From NCBI RefSeq assembly GCF_006345805.1, contig NC_043005.1, forward strand, positions 71,734,001-71,798,000: a stretch of 64,000 bases of DNA. Reading direction: 5' to 3'. Numbering within the stretch: the first letter of the stretch is position 1; the number at the start of each line of letters is the position of its first letter. Below are positions 40,953 through 57,690 of the stretch, piece after piece. Position numbers and translations under genes: made by a program. The stretch is from Octopus sinensis. Its lineage: Eukaryota. Below the pieces are notes generated by a model. It saw only the letters and a list, made by a program, of their open reading frames with translations, was not told the origin of the DNA and searched no databases.

Positions 40953-43937
40953 CTGAAAATAACACCCCTATAAAAAAATTACCTAGAACAGACAGCTCCC
41001 ATAGCAATGCTATGGATTCTAATACAATTAGAGGGATGAGAATTTAAGATTTGAATTAAGTAAATCTAAGGATTAGACATAATGTTGTAAGACATTTAGA
41101 TTGGTATTCTACAATGTTTACCGGTTTGTTGTTTTGGGTATTATATGCTCATGTACCCCTGAGAGAGAGAGAGCTATCAACAGGATATAATACAACTGCA
41201 AGAAGATACTAAATAACAAGAGTGCTAGGAAATATATTACCGAGATGACTGTAGCTATGAATCTTTCCTGCCAATTGCCAAAAGAAAGAAAACAAAAACA
41301 AAATTATTGAGGTGGTTTATGTTTGTAAAATGATACCATTGCACTCTAACTCTTGGGATTATGGCCATGGACAAACTCAGGAAAAGAGGAATAGGCAAAT
41401 CACAAAGAATAGTATCGGTGAAGAGAGAGAAAGGAAGATTGTAGAAAATATGAGGTTGGCAGATGACCAAGGAAAGATAGAGTGAAGGGGTTATGTCTCT
41501 TATCTTTAGGCTCTATGGGTTACAGATTTTGATTGATTGCAATTACTCTTGATACCCTTGGTTCTTCAATAACAAATGCTTTAATCATATCTAATAGAAA
41601 TCCAACTGTAATTATATAAGTGTATAATTATAAATCTGTTAGATTATCTTTTGCAGCAAAAGTAAATAAGATCATTGTTTAATATTTTATTATTACAATC
41701 AGATGTAAGTAGTTTGCTTATAGGGTTTTTGTGAGACATTCATGAATTAGTTATCTTTTATAGATATGGCCCAGGTTTATATCAGGCCTGATTGCATAGA
41801 TGTATTATCAAAAACATTCCAGCAATGACAATTTGTCTTATTTACAGACATAGTATATCCAAAACTACATTATCCGATGTCCTTCCTTTAGCTCTTATTA
41901 TGTGGAAACCAATTTACTTAGCCCCCATGCATGTACATTTGAGACAAAGGAACCAAGTTAACATGTTTTGCAGGCAGAGTTCTTCCCACGATTCTTGGAA
42001 TTACTCACACTTTTATATGCCATTAAATATGGCATACAGTATTATTTCGAGAAATAACCATTATCTAAAAGGCAATAGTGTTTCTTCTTGAAGTTGTACA
42101 TGTTTTGGTGGGTGACTCAGTCTGAGACGACCATTTGAAATGGAAACAATAACATCATTCTAAAATCCTAGTTGTCATTTAAAATACACATCAACTGTTA
42201 CCATGGCAATAACATCATTGTAATCATCATTTAAATCACACATCAACTGTTTTAATCGCTAGCATTTTACTTTGTCGTAATATTGTTTGCAATGAAATTT
42301 CCCAGTCATGTCAGTTGCAGATGTTTTGACAATATTTTTTTGGCACCATATAGTATATGAGACCAAGCTGAAATGAAACAAAAATTAATATAATGGTACA
42401 CGTGTGCTTAAAATATTTATTATTACTCCTCCAAAATATTCCTCCAGGATTCAGATAACATATATAATTAAAATAATTTTAAAAATCTATATTCTACATT
42501 TAATTTCTATGTTAGTCAAGAATGGCTACAATCAGCATTTTCTGTTTGGAGACAGTATAACCAAACCTGAATAGTTTCTGGTTCTTAAGCAAGAACTTGT
42601 AATTTAACTCTTCAGTTACCAGATTTCTGATGAACTATACTAACTTTGTTTAAAATAACTTTGAAGAAAATGAAGAATTTAGTAGAATATCGTTGTTGTT
42701 ATTAAACTGAGGTTTGAAATATAAATTAGCACGAAAATCTGATGGAAAATTCCAATTTAGATCACTTTAAGAGAGGAAGAAGTTTGTGTCATAGACCCAA
42801 GGGTGGGATCAGGTGGAACAGCATCAAATGGGTTAATAATCAAATTCATGTTGAAGCAGATTAAATGTGTGTGTGTGCCTTCCTTCCAGCAGTCTTTCAC
42901 AAAACTGAAAAATATGTAAGAAAGAATAGGATTTGTTATTTGCATACCTTTGCAGTTTAGCAAAAGGTACCCATAGAATAAGTACCAGGCTTTAAAATAT
43001 AAGTGTTGGGGGTCAATTTGTTCGGTTAACATTCTTCAAGGTGGTGCCCTAGCATGGGCACAGTCTAATGACTAAAGAAAAGTAAAAGATAAAATATATG
43101 TATATGATTAGATACATGTATATATATATAATTAAGTATATATATGTATGTATATATATATATATATAATTATATATATATATATATATCTAATGTAGGA
43201 TAAAAGTTTTTCGAAAAAAATTTTATCAATGGCCAGCATATTAAAAAATACCTTTAAAGGTTAAATTATAAACAACTTATAAATAAGGGCAAACAAAAAA
43301 AATTCTAATGCCAAATATGCTGAAAATTGGACATAATGTCCATTTACCATATAATTTTTTTCCAGTACGCACGCTACTCGAAAAAGGTCGACAGAAATCT
43401 CTAAAAAATTCCATTATTACCATATCTTCAGTGATACATGTGGCAAAGAAGTAAATGAGATACTTACTCATACCCATATATATATATATATATGTATGTA
43501 TATATATATATATAATTATATATATATACATACACACATACATAAACGCATATATTGATGGGTAATATGTTCCTGATTATGGCATACATCTAGTTAGAGT
43601 TACTATTGGTTATGTATCTTCTACTGAAATTTTTAATGACTTATAGACAACTGACTGATGTAATTTATGTATGTATGTGTGTATGTATGTATACCTGTGT
43701 GTGTATCTGTTTCTTTGCGTCCGTGCTTATCCCTTACTACCAATTGCCAACTGGTGTTGGTTTGTTTAAATTCTGTAACTTAGCAGATTGGTAAAAAGAG
43801 ACTAATAGAATAAGCACCAGGCTTAAAAAGAAAATAAGGACAAGGGTCAACTAGTTCAACTAAAATTCCTCAAAGTCTTGCTCCAGCATGGCTGCAATCT
43901 AACGACACATTCAGGTGAAAGATAAAAGTTACCTTAA

Positions 43938-44159
43938 CCCTTTCGTTACTGTATTTATTTTGAGATGCTCTGTGTTTCTTTCAATTACTTTAAATATAAC
44001 AAAGAATTTAGTAAAATAACTTAGTTATCATTAAGCTAGTGTTAGGAACATAAATTGTGACTAAGGTTTGGTGGAAGATTTTTAATTCAAAACTTATGGT
44101 AACAAGACATTTGTATTACAGAGCCAGAGCTGGTTTCAGCCGGGTTGGTAATGAAAGGG
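43938..44159. mobile_element. piggyBac-type MITE
   Basis: TTAA|CCCTTTCGTTAC ... GTAATGAAAGGG|TTAA: 12-bp TIR (11/12 match) with TTAA TSD. Confidence 0.85.
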
Positions 44160-44759
44160 TTAAGCATATATCACAAGCAAGCAGGAAATGCTTCTGATCT
44201 CCAGTTTGTTTGTGATCACCTTCAACTAATACCCATGACTGGCCACTGTTATTTGTTCCACTGGCTCCAACCTAAAATCTACAGTTTGTTGTTTGTTGTA
44301 CAATCTAACATAATGCCACATCACTGGTTACAATTGTTTGTTTCACTGGCTACAATCTAGAATGTACAATAACTTGTTGTGCCATGTAACCTAATACCAC
44401 AATATCAGTACAAAGCACTGATTCTTATGGATATTTGTAAATCTCCCAAAGGATTAAATTTAGTAATATTCTGTACTCCAGAAACATTGGCTTCCTAACT
44501 AACTGATCAGCAACAAGCCGTGTCTGCATGCAGCTTGAACAGATAGCTCTCCATGCATGAGCTAACAAGCACCTACTATTTAATTTATGCCAGAACATTG
44601 CACAGATGTGCTATGTCGAATGAAACAGATTGTTTTGACATACAATACTAAAACTAAGAAATGCTAGAAATAAACTGGAGACTGAAAATATCAGTTGTGA
44701 ACTTAGATGGTTTTTATGCATGCTCAGACACACACACATACACATTCCATACATGCATA

Positions 44760-44794
<35 letters not shown>

Positions 44795-45044
44795 CACATA
44801 CACACGTACATATGGACACACTGCTTTCTATGCAGACATATAGGCACATAAAAATAAATGCATGCTTTTGTGAACAGATTATAACTGCATATATTCATTC
44901 ACATTCACATAATCCCATTTCGTGTGTGTGTATAGGCATGTGTGTGGGTGCGTGTGTTGTGTGTGTGTGGTGTGTGTGTGTGCACGTGAATGTATGTATG
45001 TATGCATGTATCTCTGCCTGAGTTGTGTTTTAGTTGTAAACCTA

Positions 45045-45097
<53 letters not shown>

Positions 45098-45288
45098 TAT
45101 ATATACACCTACAAGTATGCATTTTTATATATGTATGATTCTCTCTCATTCTCTCTCCATATATGCGTGTGCTTGAGCATATATAAATATACATACAAGC
45201 ATATATATGTATATATATATACATATATATACATATACATATGTATATATATATTTATACATATATATACATATACACAATATATATA

Positions 45289-45326
<38 letters not shown>

Positions 45327-46487
45327 CACACACATGCACATACACACACACATATTTTATTTTCTACTTTTTACTGTTCTATTAAAGAACATTTTAAGAT
45401 TAGATCCAGACCAGTAAATCTGCTTTTCCTTGTTTCAAAGATTTTTGGTCAAAATGCTGATTTTTCTCTTCCTTTCTTTTTAATATTCTTTTTCTCTCTT
45501 TATACTGTATGATTTTCTTCAATCATCATCATCATCTTCATCATTGATGTCATTATGTAGGCATCATCTTCATCAATACTGCTGACATAATTTTCTATTT
45601 CTTGTTGTTTTCTTTTTATTTTTTACTTTCATTTATTTTTCTTTTTTAATCATTATAGTTTTAGTACGATGTTGACAAAAATATGAGAATAGAAGTTCAA
45701 TCTGATTACTTGTGAGTTAGAATCTGTTTATCACTGATGACAGCTGTCTAAATTCACTTATAGATATGACATATTTCCAAGAAGATAATAAAGAAGGAAA
45801 ATATAATATCAACACATTGGTTGCTAACATATATGGTATCTGAATTCCTTTATTCCTGTTGAATCTTGGAATAAACATTTGGATGAAACATCAGATCACG
45901 CACGCACATCAAAATATGCAATCACAAAAGCTAAGAATGCACTTAGCCAAAGAGAATCACATGAACATTTCATAGCTTAGCTTCTAACTAGCACATCTCT
46001 CCCAATTTCTGTACTTAGTCTTTTCCCAATAGTCACTACGATTGATAAAATACTTTGCTTCTTCTGCCAAAGTAAATATTTCTTGTCTTCCATTTTATTT
46101 CTAACCCCATTCCTGCATTTGCTGTTTGTTACATGTTGTTATTTATTCCCTAACTATATTAAAATCCTGCAGGTATTTTAGCAAGGTAAGATGATGGGAA
46201 AAGATTTCAGAGTGTATTTACATTTCATCCTGTATATTCCTTTCAATATTGCATACATTTGTAGCAGAACATCAGAGCATTAGGGTTGTCTTCTTACTAC
46301 TTAAGATATGTTGGTTCTGTTATGTTATATTCATGCAACAGATGCAAAGATTGAAATCAGGGAATGTGGCTTAACAAAAGTTCGAAGCAATATAGAAGAA
46401 CTGACCAAGTTTGGGACAGCCAGCAAAACAGTAACAAGTTCTCATACACCAAAGAATACACACAAACACACACACAGATATATTTCA

Positions 46488-46725
46488 TCATCATCGTTTA
46501 ACGTCTGCTTTCCTTGCTAACATGGGTTGGACGATTTGACTGAGGTCTGGTGAACCAGATGGCTGCACCAGACTCCAATCTGATCCGGCAGAGTTTCTAC
46601 AGCTGGATGCCCTTCCTAACGCCAACCACTCTGAGAGCGTAGTGGGCGCTTTTACGTGCCACCGGCATGAGGGCCAGTCAGGCGGTACTGGCAACAGCCA
46701 TGCTCAAATGGTGTTTTTTATGTGC

Positions 46726-46728
<3 letters not shown>
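46488..46728 (-). mobile_element. SINE family E
   Basis: Reverse match to 38500-38862. Confidence 0.8.
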
Positions 46729-46783
<55 letters not shown>

Positions 46784-47012
46784 TACACACACATGCGTAT
46801 GCACATACACATATTTATTATCGCCTACACATGCTCAGTGTATGTGTTTTGCCTGTTTGCCGTAGTATAGTGCTTTGGGGATGACTCCCTCATAGTACTG
46901 GATGTTAACACACCTGGAAATCATACACAGGCAAGACAACGCACCTCCAATGTCATTCAAAAGTGACAGATATTGTCATCTTGCCCATTTTGTGGCTTAT
47001 CAACATCATGTA

Positions 47013-47073
<61 letters not shown>

Positions 47074-48514
47074 AACACACTCATATATACATGAGTAAGC
47101 ACATAAATGCAAAACAAGGTGGGAAAAAATAGTACTTGAATACTGAAGGTAGAGCAATATGACTTTTAATAAAGCTTAAAAATCTTTACAGAGTTACTCT
47201 CAGAGTTTCATGCTCCATTTGTCGAACTAGTGGTTGTTTAATAGAGGCCATTTCAAGAAGTCCCATTTGACTTTTTTATTCAGATATAATGTATCTAGAA
47301 TTAAATAAACTTCATGTTGTTTTCAAAATGGTATGGTGTGATGTGAAAGAAATTTCTCTGTTATTTCAAGTAAATCAACAGACCACATAGCAACACCTTT
47401 GTTGACTTATGATAGACAACTTTGCTATCCAAAGAGAATTCTGTCTCATTAAATAGAATCTTAAGCTAAATTCTTGCTTAAAACTTTTAGATTCACAAAA
47501 CAAGGCTGCACAGATATATGCATGTACAAATACACACTACACACATACATTTATGCAAGTGTGCTTGTATAGACACTTGCATTCAAGTATACAGTTACAT
47601 ACCATACACACAGAAACATATATGAGCATTCAAACACTCTCATATATGCATGTATGTGTATGTATATGGTTTTCATAGATTGTCAGGTCAATAGGAAGTT
47701 AATCTGCAACCAGATTAGATTTCTGGACATAACTATTTCACTTAATTCTTTAATGCCTTTTGGAAATACATGAACATCACAATTCTAAACCCTCTCAGCC
47801 ATCAATAGATCTCAGATCAATAGAGCTTATTATCCATTAAAAGATACCTCTAATCAAAACAAGTCCAGCAATTTCCTCTATTAATTGCCCTGGAGCATGA
47901 AATAAACAATTACTCATTCATACACACACACACATGTTTATACACACACATATATAAAAACGTGTGTGTGTGTGTGTTTATTTATTTATTTATGAATTAC
48001 TGTTTGGTTCATCTTTTTCTCTGCATTAAACACTTGCATATACAGTTAAGGTGTTTACATCAATCTACATACAAATATCTCCATCATCAACACCACTATT
48101 ATCATCATCATCATCATCATAGTTTTATTGTCCACTTGTTCCATACTTGCATAGGTCCGATGGAATTCTCTTGTGGCGAGATTTTCTTCTACAGCCAGAT
48201 GTACTTCCTGTGGCCAGCTTTAACCTGTTTCCAAGCTAAATAATATTTCCCTATTGCTGGACAGGCTTTCCGTTTTCACAGAAGGCAACAAATGACAGAC
48301 ACTGCTTGTATCACGGTGACATTTGTTTACAACTTATCATGTAATGTCAACACAAGTAAATACAACCACACACAGATTCTCCCTTGTTTTTCAAAAATCT
48401 CCCCTAAATCAAAAAATAAGATGGGGGGAAATCTGTCCTAATTTTCAAATTCTGGTAGCAACACTGTAGCTGGAAGCAGGATAAACTAATTCTACAATTT
48501 ATCACATTCAAGAA

Positions 48515-48825
48515 GCCTTGTGAGTGGATTTGGTAGATGGAAACTGACAGAAGCCCATCGTATATATGTATATATATATATATGTGTGTGTATATATGTA
48601 TGTGTGTGTAAGTTTGTGTGTCTGTGTTTGTCCCCACAACATTGCTTGACAACTGATGCTGGTGTGTTTACATCCCCGTAACTTAGCAGTTTGGCAAAAG
48701 AGACCGATAGAATAAATACTAGGCTTACAAATAATATGTCCTGGGGTCAATTTGTTCGATTAAAAAAGGCGGTGCTCCAGCATGGCCGCAGTCAAATGAC
48801 TGAAACAAGTAAAAGAGTAAAGAGC
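48515..48825 (+). mobile_element. SINE family B, 5'-truncated
   Basis: Matches the B middle and tail. Confidence 0.8.
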
Positions 48826-49424
48826 ATAGGAATTGCTGACCAGATGTATGAAATAAACTGATATTAAAGTTTCTTAATATCTGGAAATATTTATTTGAAA
48901 CACAACCAGTCCTCTTTCATTGCATTAAAATTTAATGATTTTCAATTTAATACACAAACTTCAGTCCAAAATATGTTTTTCTGAAATAACAACCACTTTT
49001 CCTCTCTGCATTAGACTTAAGAAATAGCATTATATATACTTAAATGTGTTTATTTGTTTTTCTCTCTTTTTTTTTTTTTTTTCCTACCATACTATGTTAA
49101 ATGAATGACTTTTATACTTCAATGTCTAACCGAATAGAATCAGTTCTGTTGATTTACTCAATGATTGAAAAACACACAGCCTACACAAATAAAATTACCG
49201 GATTTGTTTAGCATTATTGATAATAGGAATTTCTTTGTTCATTACTCTTTGGGTGGAAATGACGTCAATTTCAGAAACAGAGAGTAATATTGGGAAGTTA
49301 ATAAACTATGATGTGAATGACTACCCAGTTCCAGTCAACTTCTACGCTTGCACTACATAAAAAGCTGCAAGTCATGACAGAATTGTATTTTCTTCTATTA
49401 TGCTATAATAGACATATACGCGTG

Positions 49425-49460
<36 letters not shown>

Positions 49461-49484
49461 ATCACGTATACATACACATATATA

Positions 49485-49714
49485 TATTTCTTTACTACCC
49501 AAAGGGGCTAAACACAGAGGGGACAAACAAGGACAGACAAACGGATTAAGTCGATTACATCAACCCCAGTGCGTAACTGGTACTTAATTTATCAACCCCG
49601 AAAGGATGAAAGGCAAAGTTGACCTCGGTGGAATTTGAACTCAGAACGTTACGGCAGATGAAATACTGCTACGCATTTTGCCAGGTGTGCTTACGTTTCT
49701 GCCAGCTCACCACC
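49485..49714 (-). mobile_element. SINE family A
   Basis: Matches 2292-2526. Confidence 0.85.
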
Positions 49715-49741
49715 TTTACATACACATATATATGCATAGAG

Positions 49742-50070
49742 TACAGGCATGGCTGTGTGGTAAGAAGTTTGCTTTCCAGCCACATGGTTTCAAGTTCTGT
49801 TTCACTACGTAGCACCTTGAGAAAGTGCCTTCTACTATAGCACTGGGCCAACCAAAGTTTTCTGAGTGGATTTGACAATCAAAAACTGTGTGGAAGCTTG
49901 TTTGTTTTGTTTATATGTTTTGTGTGTGTGTGTGTGTGTGTGTCTGAAAACTGGTGTTGGTTTGTTTATATCCCCATAACTTAGCAGTTCAGAGAAAGAA
50001 GCTAGTAAAACCAATTCTAGACTGTAAAAAAAAAAAAGAAGCATTGAATCTGGGATCGATTTTTTTGAGT
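49742..50070 (+). mobile_element. SINE family B, degenerate
   Basis: caggcatggctgtgtggtaagaag head. Confidence 0.75.
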
Positions 50071-50574
50071 AAAACTCTTCAGTTTGAATCCATTGTATGG
50101 CTGAAGTTCAAAGGTCAACACACAAAAACAAGACAAAAGATATATAGGTATTCCACAGACAAACTTGCAAACAAGTATTTACTTGATACAATGTACTGTG
50201 ATTTTGACTGTTCTTTTAGGAACTTCTGTAGATATCACCAAACATGTATGTATTCCTAACATTCCCATTCCTTCATCCAGTAGAATATTGAGGGTGTGAG
50301 AGAAGGAGGGAAAAAAATTATGCATTAACACAAGGCCTGTATTCATTTTTAGGTGAATAAATTGCTGCAGCCTAAAATGAAACACATTGCTCAAGGGTCT
50401 AATGTGCTGCCAAGTCCAACAATAAAATTCTCATCAGGTTTGTAAACCTGATGCACACACCACTAAGCCATATGTTTTCATATATATGTATGCATGCATG
50501 TAAGTATTTATCTATATACTTACACACACACACACACACACCACACACACGTGTATATATATTTATACACATAC

Positions 50575-50800
50575 TTCATCATCATCATCATTGTCATTGT
50601 CGTCATCATCATTTAATATCCACTTTCCATGCTGGTATGGATTAGATAGTTTGAGTAGAACTAGTAAGCAAGGGAGCTGCACCAAATTCCAGTCTGATTT
50701 CGCCTTGGTTTCTATGGTTTGATGCCCTTCCAAATGCCAAGAACTCTGAGAGTGTAGTGAGTGCCTTTTACGTGTCACCAACATGGGTGCTTTTACATGA
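50575..50800 (-). mobile_element. SINE family E abutting an RTE fragment
   Basis: Reverse match to E; contiguous with RTE 50860-51265. Confidence 0.7.
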
Positions 50801-50859
50801 CACCATCATGGATACTATTTGTGGCATTGGCCACAAATATGATTCCACTTGGTTTGAAA

Positions 50860-51265
50860 AGTCTTCTCAAGCTTCTCCCCTCGTCCCATATCCTCCTGGG
50901 TCTACCTCTTCCAGAGGTTACTCTCCACACACACATACAGTTAGAGATCTGCACTTATTTACACAGCTGTCCTCATCCATATGCATCACCTGACCATACC
51001 TGTTCAGTAAATTTTCTTGCACACTACATCTGATACCTCTTATGCCCAATTTTTCTCTCAAGACACTTAGACTTTTTCGTACATGCACACTGACATTGCA
51101 AATCCAGTGAAGCATACAAGATTCATTTCTTTCAAGCCATCACATGTCCTCTGCAGTCACAGCCCATGTTTTACTGCCACATAGCATGGCTATTTGCACG
51201 CAGACATCTGAGGGAGAGGCCCTTTGTTGCCAACAAAGGTAGAAGCTCTCTGAACTTTGCCCAGT
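50860..51265 (-). mobile_element. RTE LINE fragment
   Basis: ORF 50918..51115: SVLREKLGIRGIRCSVQENLLNRYGQVMHMDEDSCVNKCRSL. Confidence 0.8.
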
Positions 51266-51629
51266 CTAGCATATGTATATATGTGTGTGTATGTAAGTGT
51301 GTGTGTGTGTAAAATAAAAATAATATAACATTACTGCTGATCTGGATAAACAGTTTTTAATTTGATTTAATTTACTCACGTATCACAGTTATATAATTAT
51401 ACATTTCATGTTGTTTATCTTAATGAAACAGATGTTGAGCACAATTAAATTATGTAATACATGTGAAAATTATGCTTTTCTGCAAAATGTCTGAAAGAAC
51501 ATTTTAGCTGATTAGGTGTACATACATACACACACACATACACACATACACACATACATACATACATACATGCATTTATTACACACATATACATAACTAT
51601 ATTATGTCTTTATACACTAATATCTCTCT

Positions 51630-52035
51630 CTTTACTCTTTACTCTTTTACTTGTTTCAGTCATTTTGACTGTGGCCATGCTGGAGCACCGCCTTTAATCG
51701 AGCAACCCGACCCCGGGACTTATTCTTTTGTAAGCCCAGTACTTATTCTATCGGTCTCTTTTTGCCGAACCGCTAAGTAATGGGACATAAACACACCAGC
51801 ATTGGTTGTCAAACAATGCTAGGGGGACACACACAGACACACAAACACACACACATATATATATATACATATATACGATGGGCTTTTTTCAGTTTCCGTC
51901 TACCAAATCCACTCACAAGGCATTGGTCGGCCCGGGGCAATAGCAGAAGACACTTGCCCAAGATGCCACGCAGTGGGACTGAACCTGGAACCATGTGGTT
52001 GGTTAGCAAGCTACTTACCACACAGCCACTCCTGC
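51630..52035 (-). mobile_element. SINE family B, full length, young
   Basis: CpG-rich intact copy; flanks ctattatgtctttatacactaatat / ctatgttatgtctttatacactaatat form a probable TSD. Confidence 0.9.
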
Positions 52036-52336
52036 GCCTATGTTATGTCTTTATACACTAATATATATATATTATATATAATACATATGCATGTGAATAC
52101 ATCACTATATATGTTTATATATACATATACATGTGTGTGTGTGTGTGTTTGTGTAAGTGATTGTATATAAGTTTACAGAAAGTAATGTTGAGTTACTCTT
52201 CTTATATCATTTTGCTGTCTTGATCTGTATTTATAGCAATTTATACTAGTATGTGACAGGTATTAGCATGCATGTGTGTCTGTCTTTGTAAACACTACTA
52301 TATGTCAGTTTACATTCAAGCTCAGTGCTTGTATAT

Positions 52337-52383
<47 letters not shown>

Positions 52384-52782
52384 ACCAACAGACCAGAATG
52401 TTGCCATGATCTCAGATGCCAGCTATAAACAAACCATTACACAGACAAGGATTCAAGTTTACACTTGTAATAGTTATATCTTCTCATCTGATGATTGCCC
52501 AACAGCAAGGAAGTAACTATAAATCTGATACTACTTATATATACATATATATATATATCATCATATTATATATATATAATCATATATATATATATATATA
52601 TAATATATATATATATATCTTCATATATATATATGTCTGATGTGGATATTAATAATTGTTAAATTTCAAAATAATATAAATTAATTTATGTATTGGATTA
52701 AGTCTTTCTTTGTTTGATTTGCATAATAGTGGTTTTGTCTCTAATTTATTATAATATATTCATATATATATATATCCTATAT

Positions 52783-52824
<42 letters not shown>

Positions 52825-52843
52825 TATATATATATATATTTTC

Positions 52844-52885
<42 letters not shown>

Positions 52886-53399
52886 GTTTGTGAGTCTGTG
52901 TTTATTCCCACCCATCACTTGACAACTAATGTTCCTGTAACTTAGCAACTTGACAAAAGAGTCTGATAGAATAAGTACTAGGCTTACAAAGAATAAGTCC
53001 TGGGATCAATTTGTTCAACTAAAGGCAATGCTCCAGCATGGCTGAAACAAAATGTGTGTGTGTGTATATATATATATATGCACATACATATTTATATATC
53101 AATGCACACATAGGTACATGTATGCTTGTGTGCATGTGTGCATGTACATGTGTGTGTGTGTGTTGGAGAGTGAGTAAGAGTAGAAATAAGGATAGAAATG
53201 AATGCAGTGAATGGTGAACATGGGTGAAGGTGGGGACAAAGGTTAATCTCAGTAAAGAAAATTGGAATGGGACAAGGAGGAGGTGGAATGTGGCCATACA
53301 TAAAATGAGAGGGGAGAGCAACAGCAGAAATGCAGATAGTTAGAGAGACTGACAGAGAGAGAGAGAGAGAGAGAAGGAAATAGACTGAGATGGACAAAT

Positions 53400-53587
53400 A
53401 GTTTAGATACAATGAGGTAGATAGATAAATAGACAGATTGACAGACAGACAGATGGATGGATGGATTGGTTGATAGACAGACAGACAGAGAGATAGATAG
53501 ATAGACAGACAGACGTTTCTTTAAAGATGGATGGATGGATGGATGGATTGGTGAATAGACAGACAGACATATAAATAAATAGATAGG

Positions 53588-53659
<72 letters not shown>

Positions 53660-53746
53660 CAGACGTTTCTTTACAGATAGGTAGATAGATAGATGGATGG
53701 ATTGGTGAATAGACAGACAGACATATAAATTAACAGATAGGTAGAC

Positions 53747-53794
<48 letters not shown>

Positions 53795-53795
53795 T
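53400..53795. repeat. (GATA)/(GACA)/(GGAT) compound array with higher-order duplication
   Basis: ggatggattggtgaatagacagacagacatataaat and agacgtttcttta each occur twice. Confidence 0.9.
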
Positions 53796-54122
53796 AATAT
53801 ATATGCACACATACACATATAACCTAATTTACTTAGATTAAAATACTCTTCTCCACAGCTATCCACTTGAATGGATGATCAAATTGTATCAAAAATATCT
53901 TTTTATTTTTTCTAAACAAGTCCTAACATTTTTCACAATTATTTTTAGAACCTTATAAATTTTTCTGAACTATTTTTATTCATTTTCAATTCATCAATTT
54001 ACTATTCAATACTTGAATAAAATTGTAGATGATTTTCTTTTTACAATTTTCACTTTCATTTTATTTGGAGTTGTGTTAATATAGGCAGGCATTAATATGT
54101 TTGTATGTGATGTGTGTTTATA

Positions 54123-54158
<36 letters not shown>

Positions 54159-54496
54159 CGTACACACACACATACAGACGTATGCAATCCCAGTACATGT
54201 ATGCAAACACAATGGTACATAAGAGCATTTATGCATACATATATATATATACATATATATACATATATATATATATAGATTATATATACATAATATATAG
54301 ATATATATACATAATATGTATATATATATATATATATATATCTATATATATATAGATATATATATATATAGATATATATATACATAATATATATATATAG
54401 ATATAGATATATATAATATATGTATGTATATATGTACACAAACACACACATATATATATATACACGCACAGACCTGTTGATACATTCATACATATG

Positions 54497-54550
<54 letters not shown>

Positions 54551-55139
54551 CATATGATTGTGTGTCTGTGTTTGTCCCACAATATCGAACACACATACAT
54601 AATGTATGTGTTTTGTCAGATCATGGGCAGGCTTCAATTACAAACATAAGAGAATATATTCTCAGCAATTCACCAGGTGAATGGTAGACAATATACTTGA
54701 TATTGTGTTCAATATTGTTTATTTCCCTTGAGCTGCTTCTCATTCATAGAAAGCTATATATAAGAATTTACATAAAACAAAAAAGTGTACTCAACGTAAA
54801 TATAAAGTCAAGTATATATATATATGTTGGTATACATTGTATACCAGTGTATATATTTAACATGTTGGTAATGTCGTACCATCTTTTTAATTGCCTAAGG
54901 CATGAGAAATGTGTGTGTATGTATGTGTGCATGCGTGTGTGTGTGTGTGGTGTGTGTGTGTGTTTCAAGGCATGATGAGACTTACCCACGGCCAGACATG
55001 TTTTTATGGCACATTGGAAATAATGACAACACTTGTGAGATAGTGACACAAACACACTTACATGTATGTTGCACACACTCTTATGGACATGCATAAAGAT
55101 ACACACCCTCAAGGATATACATATTAATTATTATTCTTT

Positions 55140-55620
55140 TGTAACACAGTGTAGGTAAAAATGTACTGGAGTCTTTAGTCATTTGTCAAGTCACAACAAG
55201 GACCTCAGACAGATAATACCTTCCTTGAGATGTGTACTGTGCACAATAAGGCTACTTTTTGCAAGACATCAATCTTGCCGGGATTTCCAGTTACCTTAAG
55301 AAATTTTAAAGTTTCAATGGGATTAAGCCCAGTACTCTGATCACCACTGATATCACTTTTACATTACCCCCTCGCATTCCATTCAGTCTTGCCATTTCCA
55401 CTTTCAATTCGGAGTACTTGGTGATTTTTCTAACCTCTTTATTCACAACATTCATGTCATTTGGTACGGCTACATCAATGATCTGAAAGTATTTGACTCT
55501 CTTATTCAATATGACAATATCCAGCCAACAGTGTCCGATTACACAATCCATCCCAGAGTATCGTTACTTTTCCATCCTCCTGCATAACTTTACTTGGTAC
55601 ATGCTCATACCAGTTTTCTG
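55140..55620 (-). mobile_element. R4/Dong-clade LINE 3' end (restriction-like endonuclease)
   Basis: ORF 55306..55551 LDIVILNKRVKYFQIIDVAVPND...KEVRKITKYSELKVE...VKVISVVI.VLG is a PD-(D/E)xK RLE signature; upstream KVTILWD; downstream HISRKVLSV. Confidence 0.85.
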
Positions 55621-55710
55621 TTACTTTATATTGGTATTTACAGCATAGGGGCCAATGAAGATACACACACACTTTATTGTGGCAGCGCTTGTATTCTTTT
55701 TGTGCAAGGC

Positions 55711-55762
<52 letters not shown>

Positions 55763-55783
55763 TTATTATTATCATTATCATTA

Positions 55784-55835
<52 letters not shown>

Positions 55836-56289
55836 TTCATTATTCTTGATAAAAACGAGGTAGTTATAATCTGGGATAGTTATTTATTTAGCACTTTCAT
55901 CTTATTCATTTCGTCTGATGATTCTCCCAAACAAATACTAAATAACAAATTATCTAAATACTAAATAAGAAATTATCCGAAATTTTTACTATCTCCTTTT
56001 TCTTAATATATTAAATCCGTACACCACTTCAGACAATCTGTACATCTAGATACAATGATCTTCTTTCAGTTTGTCAACAAAATGCACTTGCAAAGCATTT
56101 GTTGACCAAGGACTATGTTGATAACACATGTCCAAAGTGGTTTTTCAGTGGGACTGAACTTGGAACCACATTTTTGCAAAGAAAGTTTCTTAACCACACA
56201 ACCATCATATATCATATATCATTTGTGTGTGTGTACTTGTGTGCACGAGTGTGAGTGAGTATGTATCATATCTATATGTATGTATATAT

Positions 56290-57690
<1,401 letters not shown>

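Noticed and set aside
52485-52520. CTGATGA-ttgc-ccaaca-gcaa-GGAA hammerhead-like string
   Set aside because: Core reads GGAA rather than GAAA, and helices I and III cannot be formed.
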